A stretch of DNA of 64,000 nt from the human T2T-CHM13v2.0 reference genome, Homo sapiens, in the NCBI RefSeq assembly GCF_009914755.1, contig NC_060941.1. One strand, given 5' to 3'. Below, one piece after another: positions 44,813 through 59,239 of the stretch. The notes beneath the pieces are model-generated. The model saw only the letters and a program-made list of their open reading frames with translations, was not told where the DNA came from and did no database searches. Position 1 is the stretch's first letter. Every line of letters starts with the position of its first letter. A program made the translations under genes and the position numbers.

Positions 44813-45914
44813 AGTTTGGTTTTATATCATGCCCAACCTCCTGCCAAAACTGAGACACAACTAAAAAAGAATATTTAATTGCATCAACAAAAACAGCATG
44901 TGCATGTTTTGAAGAGTTCACCAATGAGGAATTCAAATGAATCTCTAGATTATGTGGCTCTCTCTCTAATTACTTATTCCACAGAGGTTAGGGAAAAGAG
45001 ACCCAGAGTGAGGAAACGGATGTATAATAATTGGCTTACAGGTTTGCTCACTGTTATTTGGTACAATATTAACATCCCTTTATGTTTCTTAAGCATTTGC
45101 CTGACTGTTTTCTCAGCAGCGTGGTTGGAAAGGCTGATGGGATCTTGAAGTGCCTGGCTGGACTTGGGAGTTGGAAGCAGCTATAAATGGGGACATTTGC
45201 TTGGCTCACTGGCTAATGAGTGAAGGATCGCCAAGAGAAATAACATTTCAGCGGAATTTCCTTAATGATTGGCACAGTTCATTAAGAGAAGAAACAAAAC
45301 TGGAGATACCCTTGGGGAGAGGCTGGGGGATGGGAGGGTCAGATCATGGAGGTGGGAGTCCTGGCTCAAAGGAATGTGGCTTTCACACAATTAGGTGTTT
45401 GAAGGAAGACAGAGCTTGGACACAGCTGAATAATTTTGGCTAATTGAGATTTGCATGGGTCAAGGACCAGAGGTCTTGCTGCTGTTAAAGCAGGACGACA
45501 TCCGTTATGGGATCCCTGGATGAACAGTGGCCCATGTGTGCCTCAGGACAATGGAAAGTGGCGTCTCCCTGACAAAGAACAGCTTTCACGGGAGACACCC
45601 TTCCACCTTTATCCCAGCTGGGGACTCTCCGTGGTGGATCCGATGGCCTCAAACTTACCCAAGTGGACTCACATCTAATAAGTCTCCACTGCTGTCCTTC
45701 TCTAGGAGTGAGAACTAATGATGCCTCCATCCCCTGCTGTCGTGTGTTCGTCAAGGGTACTATCTTTGTAAGATGGGCTTCTGAGAGTCAGAGAAGCTCC
45801 CATGAGGGCATTCACCATTCCATGTTTTGGTTGTAAGAACGGCTGACCACTGCTTTAAATGTTTTACTACAGAGAGTATGGATTTTTGTCTACCAGTACT
45901 GGTGTGCAATTCAT

Positions 45915-46673
<759 letters not shown>

Positions 46674-47966
46674 CTCTCTCTCCCGGGGATGGGAAAAACA
46701 CTAAGATGATAAGTATCAGTGAGGCCACTGCCAGCCCATGTAGCACCACAGTATGTGTTAGAAACCCCTTCCACCTGGTGGGTGCACACCTACATCATAG
46801 CTTGGCAAACTGAGTGTAGGCTGGATTTCAGATACTACTTGCCCCTGTGGCATTCTTGTACAGGGCGCAGTCCACACAGCTGTGCACAATAGCCCTGGCT
46901 ACCAGATCTGAAGTGGCACAAGACTGTAGAGAGGTCCTACACTCATCAACTGTTGTTGATGCCACTGAACTGCACATTGTTCCAACCACAAGTTTCCTTT
47001 GGGTCCTATGAGGCCCAGAAATCTCTGACACGGCCGGAGTTCTCTGTAGCATACTGAAGTTCCTCTGAGTTCTGGCTTCTTCAATAGATTCATGTCCAGG
47101 CCCCTGGAGGAGCTGCATACCTCGTCCTCTCCAGGGCAGAACCCATGCACTTGTTTCTCATGTCTCGCTGTCCTCAAAGACACCCCCCTTTCTGTCTTCC
47201 TCTATCTGGACACTGAACCTCTTCCATTAGTTGAGCATTAGAAAAGACAGAAAGAACTGCCACTCTAGATGATCCCCCTTTCTAAAATCCCCACGGCAAG
47301 GAAAGAAATGTTGGTTATCAACTAGAAATGAAAGGGGAAAAGACACAGGGAAAGCGAAAGCAAATTAATATTTCAATGCATCACCTGCTACCTTTACACC
47401 CATACTCCAAATTTCCTCAAGGAGTGGTGGAGGGAGACCTTGTGCTTTCTTGAGACAAATGAGCAGCTTGGGATCTTCTGAGTTGCCCTGGCCTCCTTAC
47501 ACAGAGTGTGAAGAGCTTTATAAATGGTCTGTGGCTCCTCTAAAAAGGTGGGAAAACACAATCCTTGATGACATTTTGTCTGGCCTTCAACAAGCTTACT
47601 AACATCGTATGTCATTTTTTCCCCTTCTCCAGATTGGTGAGGACAATTGTGTAAGTGTCTGAAGAACCATCTGGGGCTCCTTCAACAACTCAACAAGAGC
47701 TGGGTTCCTATGAGGTCATGGAGACCAGGAGAGCATACAGTTTGTATCTGCCATTGAGGAGCCACTATTCTTGGGCAGACTCCTTCGTGAAGAGCAGGTG
47801 GGGCCAGAATTGAATGCTTTCTTAGGACATTTCACCACTGCTATCCATCCATGCAAATGTGGTTATATGGAAGTTATTTTGTGTTAAAGAGAAGATTGGG
47901 AGCATTGGAAAAGGTAAGACAAGTAAAATCTTTGCTTTTCCTGTTTCTTTTTGTGCTCTTTAAATC

Positions 47967-48268
47967 ATTTTTTTTTTATTTTTATTTTTTGATACAGCTC
48001 TGTTGCCCAGGCTGGAGTGCAGTGACATGATTGCAGCTCACTGCAGCCTCAATCTCCTGGGCTCAAGTGATCCTCCTGCCTCCATCTCCTGAGTAGCTGG
48101 CACCACAGATGTGCACCACCATGCCCATCTAATTTTTTAAAAATTTTTTCTAGAGGTGAGGTCTCACTAGGTTGCCCAGGTTGACCTTGAACTCCTGGAC
48201 TTAAGGGATGCACCCTCCTTGATCTGTGAAAGTGCTAGGATTACAGGCATGAGCCACTGCACCTGGCC
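47967..48268 (-). mobile_element. AluJ
   Basis: ctcactgcagcctcaatctcctgggctcaagtgatcctcc. Confidence 0.93.
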
Positions 48269-49344
48269 TCTTTTATTTCCCTCTGTATTATTCTATCAGT
48301 TCATAATTTCTCTTTCTCACTTTTAGTCTTGTTCTCCCTCCCCGCTTCTTCTCTTTGGCTTTCTTGTTTCTTTCCTCTTTTCTCCTTATTTTGCCTTCCC
48401 TTAATATTTATTATTTAAATTTAACAAATTAAGTTGGATAAGCTCCGACCTTAAATTTAGCCAAGTTAAACCTTTTTTCATATCTATCTAAACAGAGAAA
48501 AAACAGTCAAACCAAAATTTGAAATTGCTAGGAAACTGGTACATAATCCTCAAATATAGTTTTCTCAGTGGACCTCACAGGTGAAAAGTTTCCTCCTCTT
48601 TGCATTGAAACTAGCCAGTCGAGGAAATGACCTTGCGGCCATGCTAACCTCTGAAATGAACACAAGCAGGAGGTGTTTGGCTGGTGGAAGACAAGGCTAC
48701 TCTGCAGGAAATACCTCATTGCCTTCGTCTTGGATGTGAGATGCAGTAAAATGGATGTCTTATGAAAATAATACTAGGCTAAAATGTCACTGTGATTACA
48801 CATATGTTTGTAGGTAGATTAGAGTCAGTTACGGTCATTAAAACATTAGGCTAGTGTAGAAAATTAGCTCAGCTCTCGCAGAATTTCAGGTCTGGCAGGC
48901 TGGCTTTCTGTAGGTCAAAGAAAATGCTCAGATTGGCACGGAGCCTCCTTGGCTCTCACGCAGAAACTCTGTGACTTTGATACTTAGTGAAAAATGCACA
49001 TCTGGAATGAAATCAGACCTCACCCTTTCCAAGCTTCTGCTCCTTGGTATTTAATTATAATGACTTTGGATGTGACTCAGGCTAAAGGCTTTATTTTTAG
49101 CAAAGATCAGACCTGCTCTTAATGTGGAAATCAGGAATGTTGTTTATTTGTTTAATTAGAGCATGTGACTCTATTTATTTTTTAAATGGTGAATGAACAA
49201 ATCTGACACGAAACCACATTAAAAATATTTTGAGCTATGTATGCATAAACAGAAGTTTTACAAACTGCTTTCTGTGAATTGACACATTTGTCCTCTGATA
49301 TTCTGATGAATAGTAGTGTTATTCATGACTTGGGTCTAACTGGA

Positions 49345-49515
49345 AATTGTAGATTATGCAAACTAGAAGGGACCTCAAGCATCATCTTGTTCAACTTTTA
49401 TTTTGACAGAAGAGGAGACTGAGGTTTATAGGGCTGAAGTTATGTGCCAAAAGCACTCACTAGGGATGGTCAAAACTGGACCTAGAAACTCTGCCACTAT
49501 CTCCTTACCTTCCCA
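49345..49515 (-). mobile_element. MIR/MIR3
   Basis: ctagaagggacctcaagcatcatct..ttttgacagaagaggagactgagg. Confidence 0.7.
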
Positions 49516-49596
49516 TTACTGGCCTTTCCCAATTGTGTGACACACGCCATTGCTGGTTCCTGGAATCATTTTAGATGGTGCAAGATACTGGATTAA

Positions 49597-49903
49597 GCAA
49601 GGCATGGTGGCTCACGCCTGTAATCCCAGCCCTTTGGGAGGCCAAGGCGAGTGAGTCACCTGAGATAAGGAGTTCGAGACCAGCCTGGCCAACATGGTGA
49701 AACCCGTCTCTATTAAAGGTACAAAAAAAGTAGCTGGGCGTGGTGATGTGTGCCTATAATCCCAGCTACTCAGGAGGCTGAGGGAGGAGAATCACTTGAA
49801 CCCAGGAGGCAGAGGTTGCAGTGAGCCAAGATCGCACCACTGTACTTCAGCATGGGCAACAAAAGCAAAACTCCATCTCAAAAAAAAAAAAAGAAAAAAA
49901 AAA
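49597..49903 (+). mobile_element. AluS
   Basis: Full Alu; TSD atactggattaa. Confidence 0.95.
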
Positions 49904-50147
49904 TATATATACTGGATTAAATGACTGAACCATATAGAGAGACATCTATTTCCAATTCTCTTTTTCTCTTCCTGATTACATTAAGGACAATAAGTGTTTG
50001 TTTAAAGTTAGTTTTTAATCCTAATGTTCTCCTATCTTTCCCTTTAAACAACAGACAACAAATCTTAGGCTCAGAATCTTCATCAGGAAACAGTCCACAA
50101 ATAGAATTTAACAGCGTTTGCTTGTTTTCAGTTTCTATTTGTGGGAA

Positions 50148-50535
50148 ATGTATTCGTTATTTACACTTAGGTAACAAAATATCCCAAATCTTAGTGACCT
50201 GAAACAACCAAATGCACTTGTTATCTCACACAGTTTCTGTGGGTGAGGAGTTCAGGAATGTCCTGGTTAAATATTTCTGGCCCAGGGTCTCTAGTGAGGT
50301 TGCAGTCACAATATCAGAGGGGGCTGCTTCATCTGAAGGCTTGCCTGGGGCCAGAGGATTTGCTTCCAAAATGGCGCACACACATGGCTCTTGGCTTTGC
50401 TCCTCACCATGTGGGCCTCACCATGGGCTGCTTAAATCTGCTCACCCTGCATCAGCTGGCTGCTCTCGAGTAAGTGATCTAAAAGAGGGCACAGGAGAAG
50501 TCACAATGGGGCAATTTTGGAGGCTAGCTACCACA
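50148..50535 (-). mobile_element. MLT1F-like MaLR LTR
   Basis: atctcacacagtttctgtgggtgaggagttcagg..cagggtctctagtgaggttgcagtc..catctgaaggcttgcctggggc. Confidence 0.8.
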
Positions 50536-50959
50536 GAACATAATACTGTTTTTCTCTTGACAGCCAAGTCATAAAATTACCTTTAGATAAATGTATTTAA
50601 GTATTAAAAGACAATCTGATTTAAACAAAATTATTAAGTAAATTTTAATATAGGAGGTCCCAGGTATCATAAAAGTTGTGTAGGTAACATGCATGTGACT
50701 CTTAATGAGGAAACACTGTGTCACACTGTAATCCTTTGAACCCAGAAGTACAGAAGAAGTCTGCCAGTGTTGGTCCCAAGCTCTCTGGTCTGGAGAGAGG
50801 ATGTCCAGTTGCAGATTGCATGTGGAGAAGTCCCAAGCTCACATCAATAATCCCTTTCCCTCTGCTCTGAAGGAATCCTCGTGTCTCAGGTGTGCTTTGT
50901 GCTACCATCTTGTGTACTGTTGGTGAGGACTTGGAGTTATAATCTTGAGACCACCTCAG

Positions 50960-51665
<706 letters not shown>

Positions 51666-51669
51666 TTTG

Positions 51670-52520
51670 GGAAAAAGATACCTGAGATAAATGAGAAGGT
51701 ATTTAAAATACAGTGTGGTCATTGCTGTGACAGGACAGCACAAGGTGTCATGGAAAGATGAATGAGTTTCGGACTTAGGTGGAGACATAAGGAAGGCTTA
51801 GTTTCATGACTTTGTGTAGGAATCAGCCAGTCAAAGCAGGTGGGTTAGGGAAAGAGCATTGCAGGTACAGGAAACAGCATTTATTTATTCGTTCATTAAT
51901 CTTTGTGATATCAGGCATTGTACTAGGGGTGTGATAATGAATAAGACAGAAACGGCTTCTACTTTTTTACCTTCAAGGGGAGAAAAACAGATGAGTAACT
52001 GTGTTAGCTTGTTCTTGCACTGCTATAAGTAAATACCTGTTACTGGGTAATTTATAAAGAAAAAAAGGTTTAATTGGCTCACGGTTCCACAGGCTGTACA
52101 GGAAGCATAGCTGGGGAGGCCTCAGGAAACTTACAATCATGATGGGGGGCAAAGAGGAAGCAGGCACGTCTTACATGGTTAGAGCAGGAGGAAGAGAGAG
52201 AAGGGGGAGGTGCTACATACTTTTAAACAACCAGATCTCGTGAGAACTCACTATCACGAGAACAGCAAGGCGGATGATGTAAAACCATAAGAAATCACCC
52301 CCATGATTCAATCACCTTCCACCAGGCCCCTCTTTCAACAATGGGATTACAACGAGATTTGAGGTGGGGACACAAATCCAAACCATATCAGTAACAAACC
52401 AATTAAGACACAGCATGAGACAATTATAAGGAAAGACCTGTGTTATATGCTTGGAATTAGAAGTTTGACTGGAATTTTCCTCCAGAGATGGTGCCAGAGA
52501 GGTAAATGGCACCTCAGGTA
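51670..52520 (-). mobile_element. L2 3' fragments around THE1D
   Basis: gggaaagagcattgcaggtacaggaaacagc; tcaggcattgtactagggg..gaataagacagaaacggcttct. Confidence 0.6.
52000..52390 (-). mobile_element. THE1D/MSTA-type solo LTR
   Basis: TG..CA ends with 5-bp TSD gtaac; ggaagcatagctggggaggcctcaggaaacttacaatcatg; ggggacacaaatccaaaccatatca. Confidence 0.92.
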
Positions 52521-53039
52521 TCTTGTGGCCAAAACAGAATTTTATGGACTAGCCCAGGAAAGCTCCCTATCATTTATCATTGTAATTTTCAAAGAAATGC
52601 ATTAATTTTCAAACACCCACTATGAACTACATGCCCTGTAGACATTTAGCACTTTAAGAAACTGGCTTAAAACTGACTTTTGGAACAAAGCACTCTTAAA
52701 GTTTTGGCACTGCCTATACTTTTGTGAATGGCAAAACACAGAGTTAAATTAGTAACAGATTTTCTCTTGTTGGAGATGGTCTCTCCCTTGAAAGCCTTTG
52801 ATCTTTCCAGCATTGATGCTGAGTTCAATATGTTTTTAGCACTATGGCTTTGAGTGTATGTACATTTGTGTGTGTGTGTGTGTCTTTTTTCTGTGTAAAA
52901 TGAGTGGAATGGTTCTTTCCCGCTCATCTGGAATAGCAATGTACCTGCCCCATCTGGAATATGATCAGAAACACTTCAGTTATACACACTCCTATAGAAC
53001 CCAAAAGGGCAATGAATTATTGTGGGGGAAAATTAACGA

Positions 53040-53235
53040 AGTAAGAGTTGAGAAATGGTTTTTCATTCTAGCTTTGTCAGCAATTAGGTGAGTGCCCTTT
53101 TCACTTTCTCTGCTGGTGGTTTTTCTCATTTGTGAAGGGGGTCAATCATACATGACCTGCTCACTTCCCACATGCACAGAGAGGATCAAAGGACGCAATA
53201 AGTGAAGAGTCAAAAGGTTGACTTAAATGTGAGGC
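53040..53235 (+). mobile_element. MIR
   Basis: ttcactttctctg..gtttttctcatttgtgaagggg..gagaggatcaaagga. Confidence 0.55.
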
Positions 53236-53532
53236 ATTTTCCTGGTGATGCCTACATCATGGAAATGGAGATTCTGGCAGTGGAGTGCAGTCTTTACTCC
53301 ACCCTGGACTATGGGTTAGGACAGCAGAAGTAGGCTGCTGCAAAGCAGGCTCAGCATGGACTCCAGGGTGATTGGGGGAAGCTCCTGAGCTCCATTCTTG
53401 CTGTCCTGGCCCTGGCCTATCAGGGGCACAGGCCTATGGCCTGCCTCGGAGAAGCCCTGGGCTGCCTGCTTGACAGGCTGTCCTCCTTCCTCAGGTGGAG
53501 TGGATTGCTAATAGCATGCTGTAGAGAAGGTA

Positions 53533-54240
53533 CAGTTCTCAAAGTGTGTGCTCAGATCAGACGAGTCAGTGTCACCTGTGTCTTAGTCTGTTTGGGCTGC
53601 TATAACACATTACCTTAGATTGGGTACTTTACAAACAAGAGATTTGTTGCTTACAGTCCTGGAGGCTGGGAAGTTCAAGGTAAGACACCAGCAGATTCAG
53701 TGCCTGGTGACGGTCTGTTCCTCACAGATGGCACCTCCTGTGCCCTCACATAAAGGACGGGCAAAGGGGCTTCATCAAGTCAAACCCTTTCTATAGGGGC
53801 ACTAATCTCATTCACGAAGGCAGAATTTTGACCCGATCACACCCAAAGGCCCTACCTCTTAATACTGCCACCGTGGGGGTTAGAGTTCAACTTATGAATT
53901 TCTGGGTACACATACATTCAGATTATAGCACCTGGAAACTTGTTAGAAACGCAGTCTGAAACTCCACCCCAGAACTCCTGAATCAGGAACTCTAAGGTGT
54001 GGGGCTTAGTGATGTGTGATCATGCAGTTCAGGGAATTCTGATGTTTATTAAGGGCTGAGCACCACTGCCTCAGAGAAGAACTTCACAAACCTGAATGTG
54101 CACTCGGTGCTTTTATTAAAACTCAGATTCTGATTCTGAGCAGTCTGGGGTGAGGCTTAGAAAAGATTCTGTTTCTCTCACTGACTCCCAGGTGGTGCCA
54201 ACGCCTCTAGGCCACAAACCACATATGAATAGCAAGGCCA
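53533..54240. mobile_element. Two MER5A-like elements (first split by MLT1A)
   Basis: cagttctcaaagtgtg..cctggaaacttgttagaaacgcag..gaatcaggaactct; cagattctgattctgagcagtctggggtgaggc. Confidence 0.8.
53577..53931 (-). mobile_element. MLT1A-type MaLR LTR
   Basis: tgtcttagtctgtttgggctgctataaca..ggaggctgggaagttcaagg..acattcagattatagca. Confidence 0.9.
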
Positions 54241-55479
54241 TGGACGAAATAGCTTGAAACCAGGAGACCTGGGTTCCAGGGCTAGATCTGCCACTAACTC
54301 CATGGTGGTCTGCAGGCAGCTCCCTTCCCCTTCCAGCCTCCAGTCTCTCCCTAGCTCTGTACATGGGAGTCAGAGCTTCCCTCCCATTCCTCCCAGCTCT
54401 GATATTGTAGAGTCTAATGTTATGAATTATTTCAGGATATGTGATCCCTAGGATTCCCAGAAATCCTTGGGAACCTCCCACAGCAACAGAACATGGGATA
54501 GGATGCTAAAAGGAAACAGGTGGTACCCCAAAGAAGTAGCTCCCCAGGCTTGTCAGAGAGCTAGTAGGGGCCCGTCTCACCAAGGGCATGGCTAAGAGGC
54601 CAGGATGGGGATAGGCTGGGGAACCCACATCACAGCATCTGTACCGATTTCCTCCATTGTTCTTAGGGCCAGGTTTGGAGATGCTTTGCTGAAATGCCTT
54701 TCTGCACCCTAAGACCACAAGTTCCCACGTGGCAGAATGGGGCCTCTCAGAGGTGCCTTAGGATTGTGGGCAGTGTCTTTGGGTGAAGAATCCGAACATG
54801 ATCTCAGAAAAGGTCCACATTCAAGATGAAGGGACTCTTTCCCATCCCTCAGTGTTCACTTATGTGTGCCTGTCCTGTTTTACAGGACACTCACAGCTCC
54901 TGGCACCTGGCAGCTTTTGGGGTTTCCTCTCCCCGCCTTGCACAGGTTGACTTTATTTCCAGATCTTTTCAAAACTCCTGTGGTAACACATCAAATTCCC
55001 AGGTGTGCGTACTAGTTGGACTGTTATAATAAACCTTCCAAACCCACAAAGCTAAACCCTGCATTTGCAGTTCTCATTCTTCTTTCCTGAGGAGTTATGG
55101 CTACTGTGAGGTCTTTCTCACTTCCTGGGAAGCAGTTTCCAAGCAGCGCAGATGTGGAGGCTGCAGTCTGGCCTGCAGCTGCCCTCACAATAACACAACT
55201 CATTAGTATGGAACGTTAGTGGGGACTCCACCCTCCCTTAGTGTCAATATTTGTTTAGAGGAGAAGGCAGGGAGGGAGAGGCGAATGGTGAGCTGGAGAA
55301 AGTTTGTCTGAAAAAGACATGATAATGGTTACATTCCGGTCTAAGAACTGCTTACATAGTTCATTGCTCAGTCATGGGGTGAGACCAAACTTGGCCTGCA
55401 AGGCCCAAAATGGTTGTCGTGGACATATTGCAGAAGCGGAATTAAGGTTTTGTCTCGCTTGTTTGTGTTTGTTTTCATT

Positions 55480-57250
55480 ATTACTTTTATCATAGAGTCT
55501 ATTTCTTGAAAAGAATTCACAACTCCCCCATCTACAGATAACTACTATTTACACTTTAGTAGTCTTCCACGCATTTTTCCTTTCCATAAACCCAAGAAGA
55601 ATGTGTATATTTATATGTGATAAATATTTATATTTTACTATAAACGGGATTGCAAGACACTTTTCTTTAACTTTCTTTACAAAAGTATCACTCTATTTTA
55701 CGTGCATCTAAGTATGTCGATATAAACTTCAGCAGCACAATTTTTTTTATTTATTATACTTTAAGTTCTGGGATACATGTGCAGAAAGTGCAGGTTTGTT
55801 ACATAGGTATACATGTGCCATGGTGGTGTGCTGCACCTATCAACCCATCATCTACATTAGGTGTTTCTCCTAATGCTATCCCTCCCCTAGCCCCCTGTCC
55901 CCCAACAGGCCCTGGAGTGTGATGTCCCCCTGCCTGTGTCCATGTGTTCTCATTGTTCAACTCCCACTTATGAGTGAGAACTTGTGGTGTTTGGTTTTCT
56001 GTTCCTGTGTTAGTTTGCTGAGGATGGTGGTTTCCAGCTTCATCCATGTCCCTGCAAAGGACATGAACTCATCCTTTTTTATGGCTGCATAGTATTCCAT
56101 GGTGTATATATGCCACATTTTCTTTATTCAGTCTATCATTGATGGGCATTTGGGTTGGTTCCAAGTCTTCGCTATTGTAAATAGTGCTGTAATAAACATA
56201 CGTGAGCATGTGTCTTTATAGTAGAATGATTTATAATCCTTTGGGTATATACCCAGTAATGGGATTGCTGGGTCAAATGGTATTTCTGGTTCTAGATCCT
56301 TGAGGAATCGCCGCACTGTCTTCCACAATGGTTGAACTAATTTACACTCCCACGAACAGTGTAGAAGCGTTCCTATTTCTCCACAGCCTTGCCAGCATCT
56401 GTTGTTTCCTGACTTTTTAATGATCACCATTGTAACTGGAGTGAGATGGTATCTCACTGTGGTTTTGATTTGCATTTCTCTAATGACCAGTGAAGATGAG
56501 CTTTTTTTCATATGTTTCTTGGCCACATAAATGTCTTCTTTTGAGAAGTGTCTGTTCATATCCTTCAGCCACTTATTGATGGGGTTGTTTGTTTTTTTCT
56601 TGTAAATTTGTTTAAGTTCCTTCTAGATTCTGGATGTTAGTCCTTTGTCAGATGGATAGATTGCAAAAATTTTCTCCCATTCTGTAGGTTGCCTGTTCAT
56701 ACTGATGATAGTTTCTTTTGCTGTGCAGAAGCTCTTTAGTTTAATTAGATCCCATTTGTCAATTTTGGCTTTTGTTGCCATTCAGCAGTACAATTTTTAA
56801 TGGCTGCATAGTGTTCTATCATATAGGTATATTGTAGCTTTTAATAACCATCCTCTGTGTTTTAACATTCAGGCCGTTTGCTATTTTTCTATTGATGTCA
56901 GCTGTGTCTGATGAATATTCATGGTTATTTCCTTAGCATACATTTCTCAGTGCAGAATGGGGGCAAAGTGCATGCACATTTTTCAAGTCCTTCTGAACAT
57001 CTTGCCAAAGTATATCTAGAAAAGCTATTGCAATTTACTTTTCCATTGACTATATATAAACATGTATGTTTATCTGTAATTAAGAATCCTTATACTTTTT
57101 AAAGTATGGTCAATTTAATAGACAAAAATGGTACCACTTTATTGAATGTCTTTGGTTACAAATAAGGTTAAACACTTTTCAATATTCATTGGCCATTTGC
57201 ATTTTTCCTTCTGTGAATTATCTATTTATAGCCTTAGCTCATTTCCGTTG
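55480..57250 (-). mobile_element. L1ME-type fragment split by L1PA
   Basis: tttttaatggctgcatagtgttctatcatata; aatattcattggccatttgcatttttccttctgtgaatt. Confidence 0.7.
55741..56780 (-). mobile_element. 5'-truncated L1PA7/8-type (ORF2 C-terminus and 3' UTR, disrupted)
   Basis: ORF 56128-56559 matches L1 ORF2p C-terminus ([23 protein letters not shown]); TSD ttcagcag(c/t)acaattttt. Confidence 0.97.
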
Positions 57251-57254
57251 TTTA

Positions 57255-57992
57255 AAAAAAGACTATATTTTTTAGAATGGTTTTAGGTACACAGGAAAAT
57301 TTAGTGAAAAGTGCAGAGTTCCCACGTTACATCACCCACAGAGGGCCTCCCCCATTACCAACATTCCCCACCACACTGGTACATTTGCTACAGTCAGTGA
57401 ACCTACATTGGCACATCATCATCACTCAGAGTCCATCATTTACATCCCAGTTCACACTTGGTGTTGTATATTCTATGGGTCACAACAAATGTATAATGAC
57501 ATGTATCCACCACTGCAGCATCATACAGAACAGCCTCATTGTGCAAAAAAAGTCATCGGGTCCTACTTATTCATTCTTCCTTCCCCACAACCCCTGGCAA
57601 CAACTGATTTTTTTACTGTCGCCATAGTTTTCCTTTTTCCTGAATATCATGTCATTGAAATCATACAGTATGTGACTTTTTTAGATTGGCTCATTCACTT
57701 TGTAATATACATACAAGTTTCTTCCATGTCTTGTCATATCTTGATAGCTCATTTCTTTTTAGCACTGAATATTCTATTGTGTTGGTTCTTTTTAGCACTG
57801 AATATTCCACGTATGTAGTTGTACCATAGTTTATTCATCCATTCACCTACTGAAGGACATCTTGGTTGCTTCCAAGTTTTGGCAATTATGAATAAAGCTG
57901 CTATAAACATTCATGTGCAGGCTTTTTTTGTGTAGATGTAAGTTTTCAACTCATTTGTGCAAATACCAAGGAGTGTGGTTGCTGGATTATGT
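57255..57992 (-). mobile_element. L1MC/MD-type 3' end
   Basis: tttttagaatggttttaggtacacag; ttcatccattcacctactgaaggacatcttggttgcttccaagttttggcaattatgaataaagctgctataaacattc. Confidence 0.9.
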
Positions 57993-58019
57993 GCCACTCA
58001 CTTCTTTTTCAAGATTGGT

Positions 58020-58387
58020 ACAGTCTCAGTCATTTTGGGCTGCTATGACGCATAGCTATAGGTGGTTTAAACAACTAACATTTATTTCTCACAGTTCTGG
58101 AGGCTGGGTAGTCCAACATCAAGGTGCCAGGATGGTCGGTTTCTGATGAGGGTCCTATTCCAGGTTGCAGACAGCCAACTTCTCATGTCCTCACACAGCA
58201 GAAAGAAGGTGAGAGAGCTCACTGGGGTCCCTTTTATAAGAGCATTAATCTCATTCATGAGGACCTTACCCTTATGATGTAATTACTTCCTAAATGTGCC
58301 ACCTCCTAAAATCATCACATTGGGAGTTAGGATTTCAACATATGAATTTTTTTTGGTGGGGGGAGAAAGACATTCAGTCTATTGCAG
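58020..58387 (-). mobile_element. MLT1A0-type MaLR LTR
   Basis: catttatttctcacagttctggaggctggg..ggatttcaacatatgaattt..acattcagtctattgca. Confidence 0.9.
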
Positions 58388-59239
58388 ATATCTTTCTTTT
58401 TTTTATTGATACATAAGAATGTTATTACATTTGTTGAAAAAAATTCTTCAACAATTCTTATATTGATATATATTCTTATATTGATAAAAATATAATTGAT
58501 AACAATTCTTATATTGATATATAAGAATGTTATTAAATATGTTGAAAATATTCTTCCCTGTTCAGTGCCTGCGCTTTAATATAATTAATGGTGTCGTGCA
58601 GTAAAGAGCTTCTTTAGAATTTTATGCAGGCAAATGTGTCAGTCTGCTATGAGGCCTCCGTCTTCAAAAGCCTTGCTTGTTTTAGGCATGAATGCTGTGG
58701 CGGGCTCTCATTTTTTGTGGCCTCACATGGCACTGTTGAAAATCATAGTTTAGAGTAAGGTCTGAACGGGCACTGTTTTGCTCTGAGTGAAAGGAACACA
58801 TGTTCCTCTAAGAACTGCATTGGATTCTTAGCAGATGTGTAGGCATTTTTGTTTGTTTATTTTTAGTCAGAATGCTGGTGTCAGGTATTTCTAAGGTCAA
58901 AGTTCCCCAAGTTGCTTTCCCTGAAGCTTCCTTGGCTTCAGAAGTGATGAGACACTTTAGTGAGTACCCAGATTCCTCGACTTTAATGACAGTGATCTCA
59001 TAGGACACGAACAAGAACATCTCTTACCTTATTCAGAAGGTCTAACTTGATACCATTTGGTTTCTGAGATCCAGCTCAAGTCTTTAATGACATTGGGAAA
59101 ACAGTCAATAATTTAATAACCTGATGGAGGGCTAAGTCACTTGACTGACTGAAAATTGCTTCTTTTATGATAGTCACATTATCTTGGTATTTCATGGTTG
59201 CCCCTAGTCTTGCCTTATCCCGGTATTTGAGGCTCAAAG

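Larger units (their letters stand above)
49522..50718. mobile_element. Old hAT-type DNA transposon fragment hosting an Alu and an MLT1
   Basis: Ends resembling hAT TIRs (tttcccaattgtgtg ... gaggaaacactg); family uncertain. Confidence 0.35.

Noticed and set aside
56128-56559. 143-aa ORF2p-like ORF as functional L1 protein
   Set aside because: 5'-truncated L1 with upstream and terminal nonsense codons; no promoter, EN or RT domain
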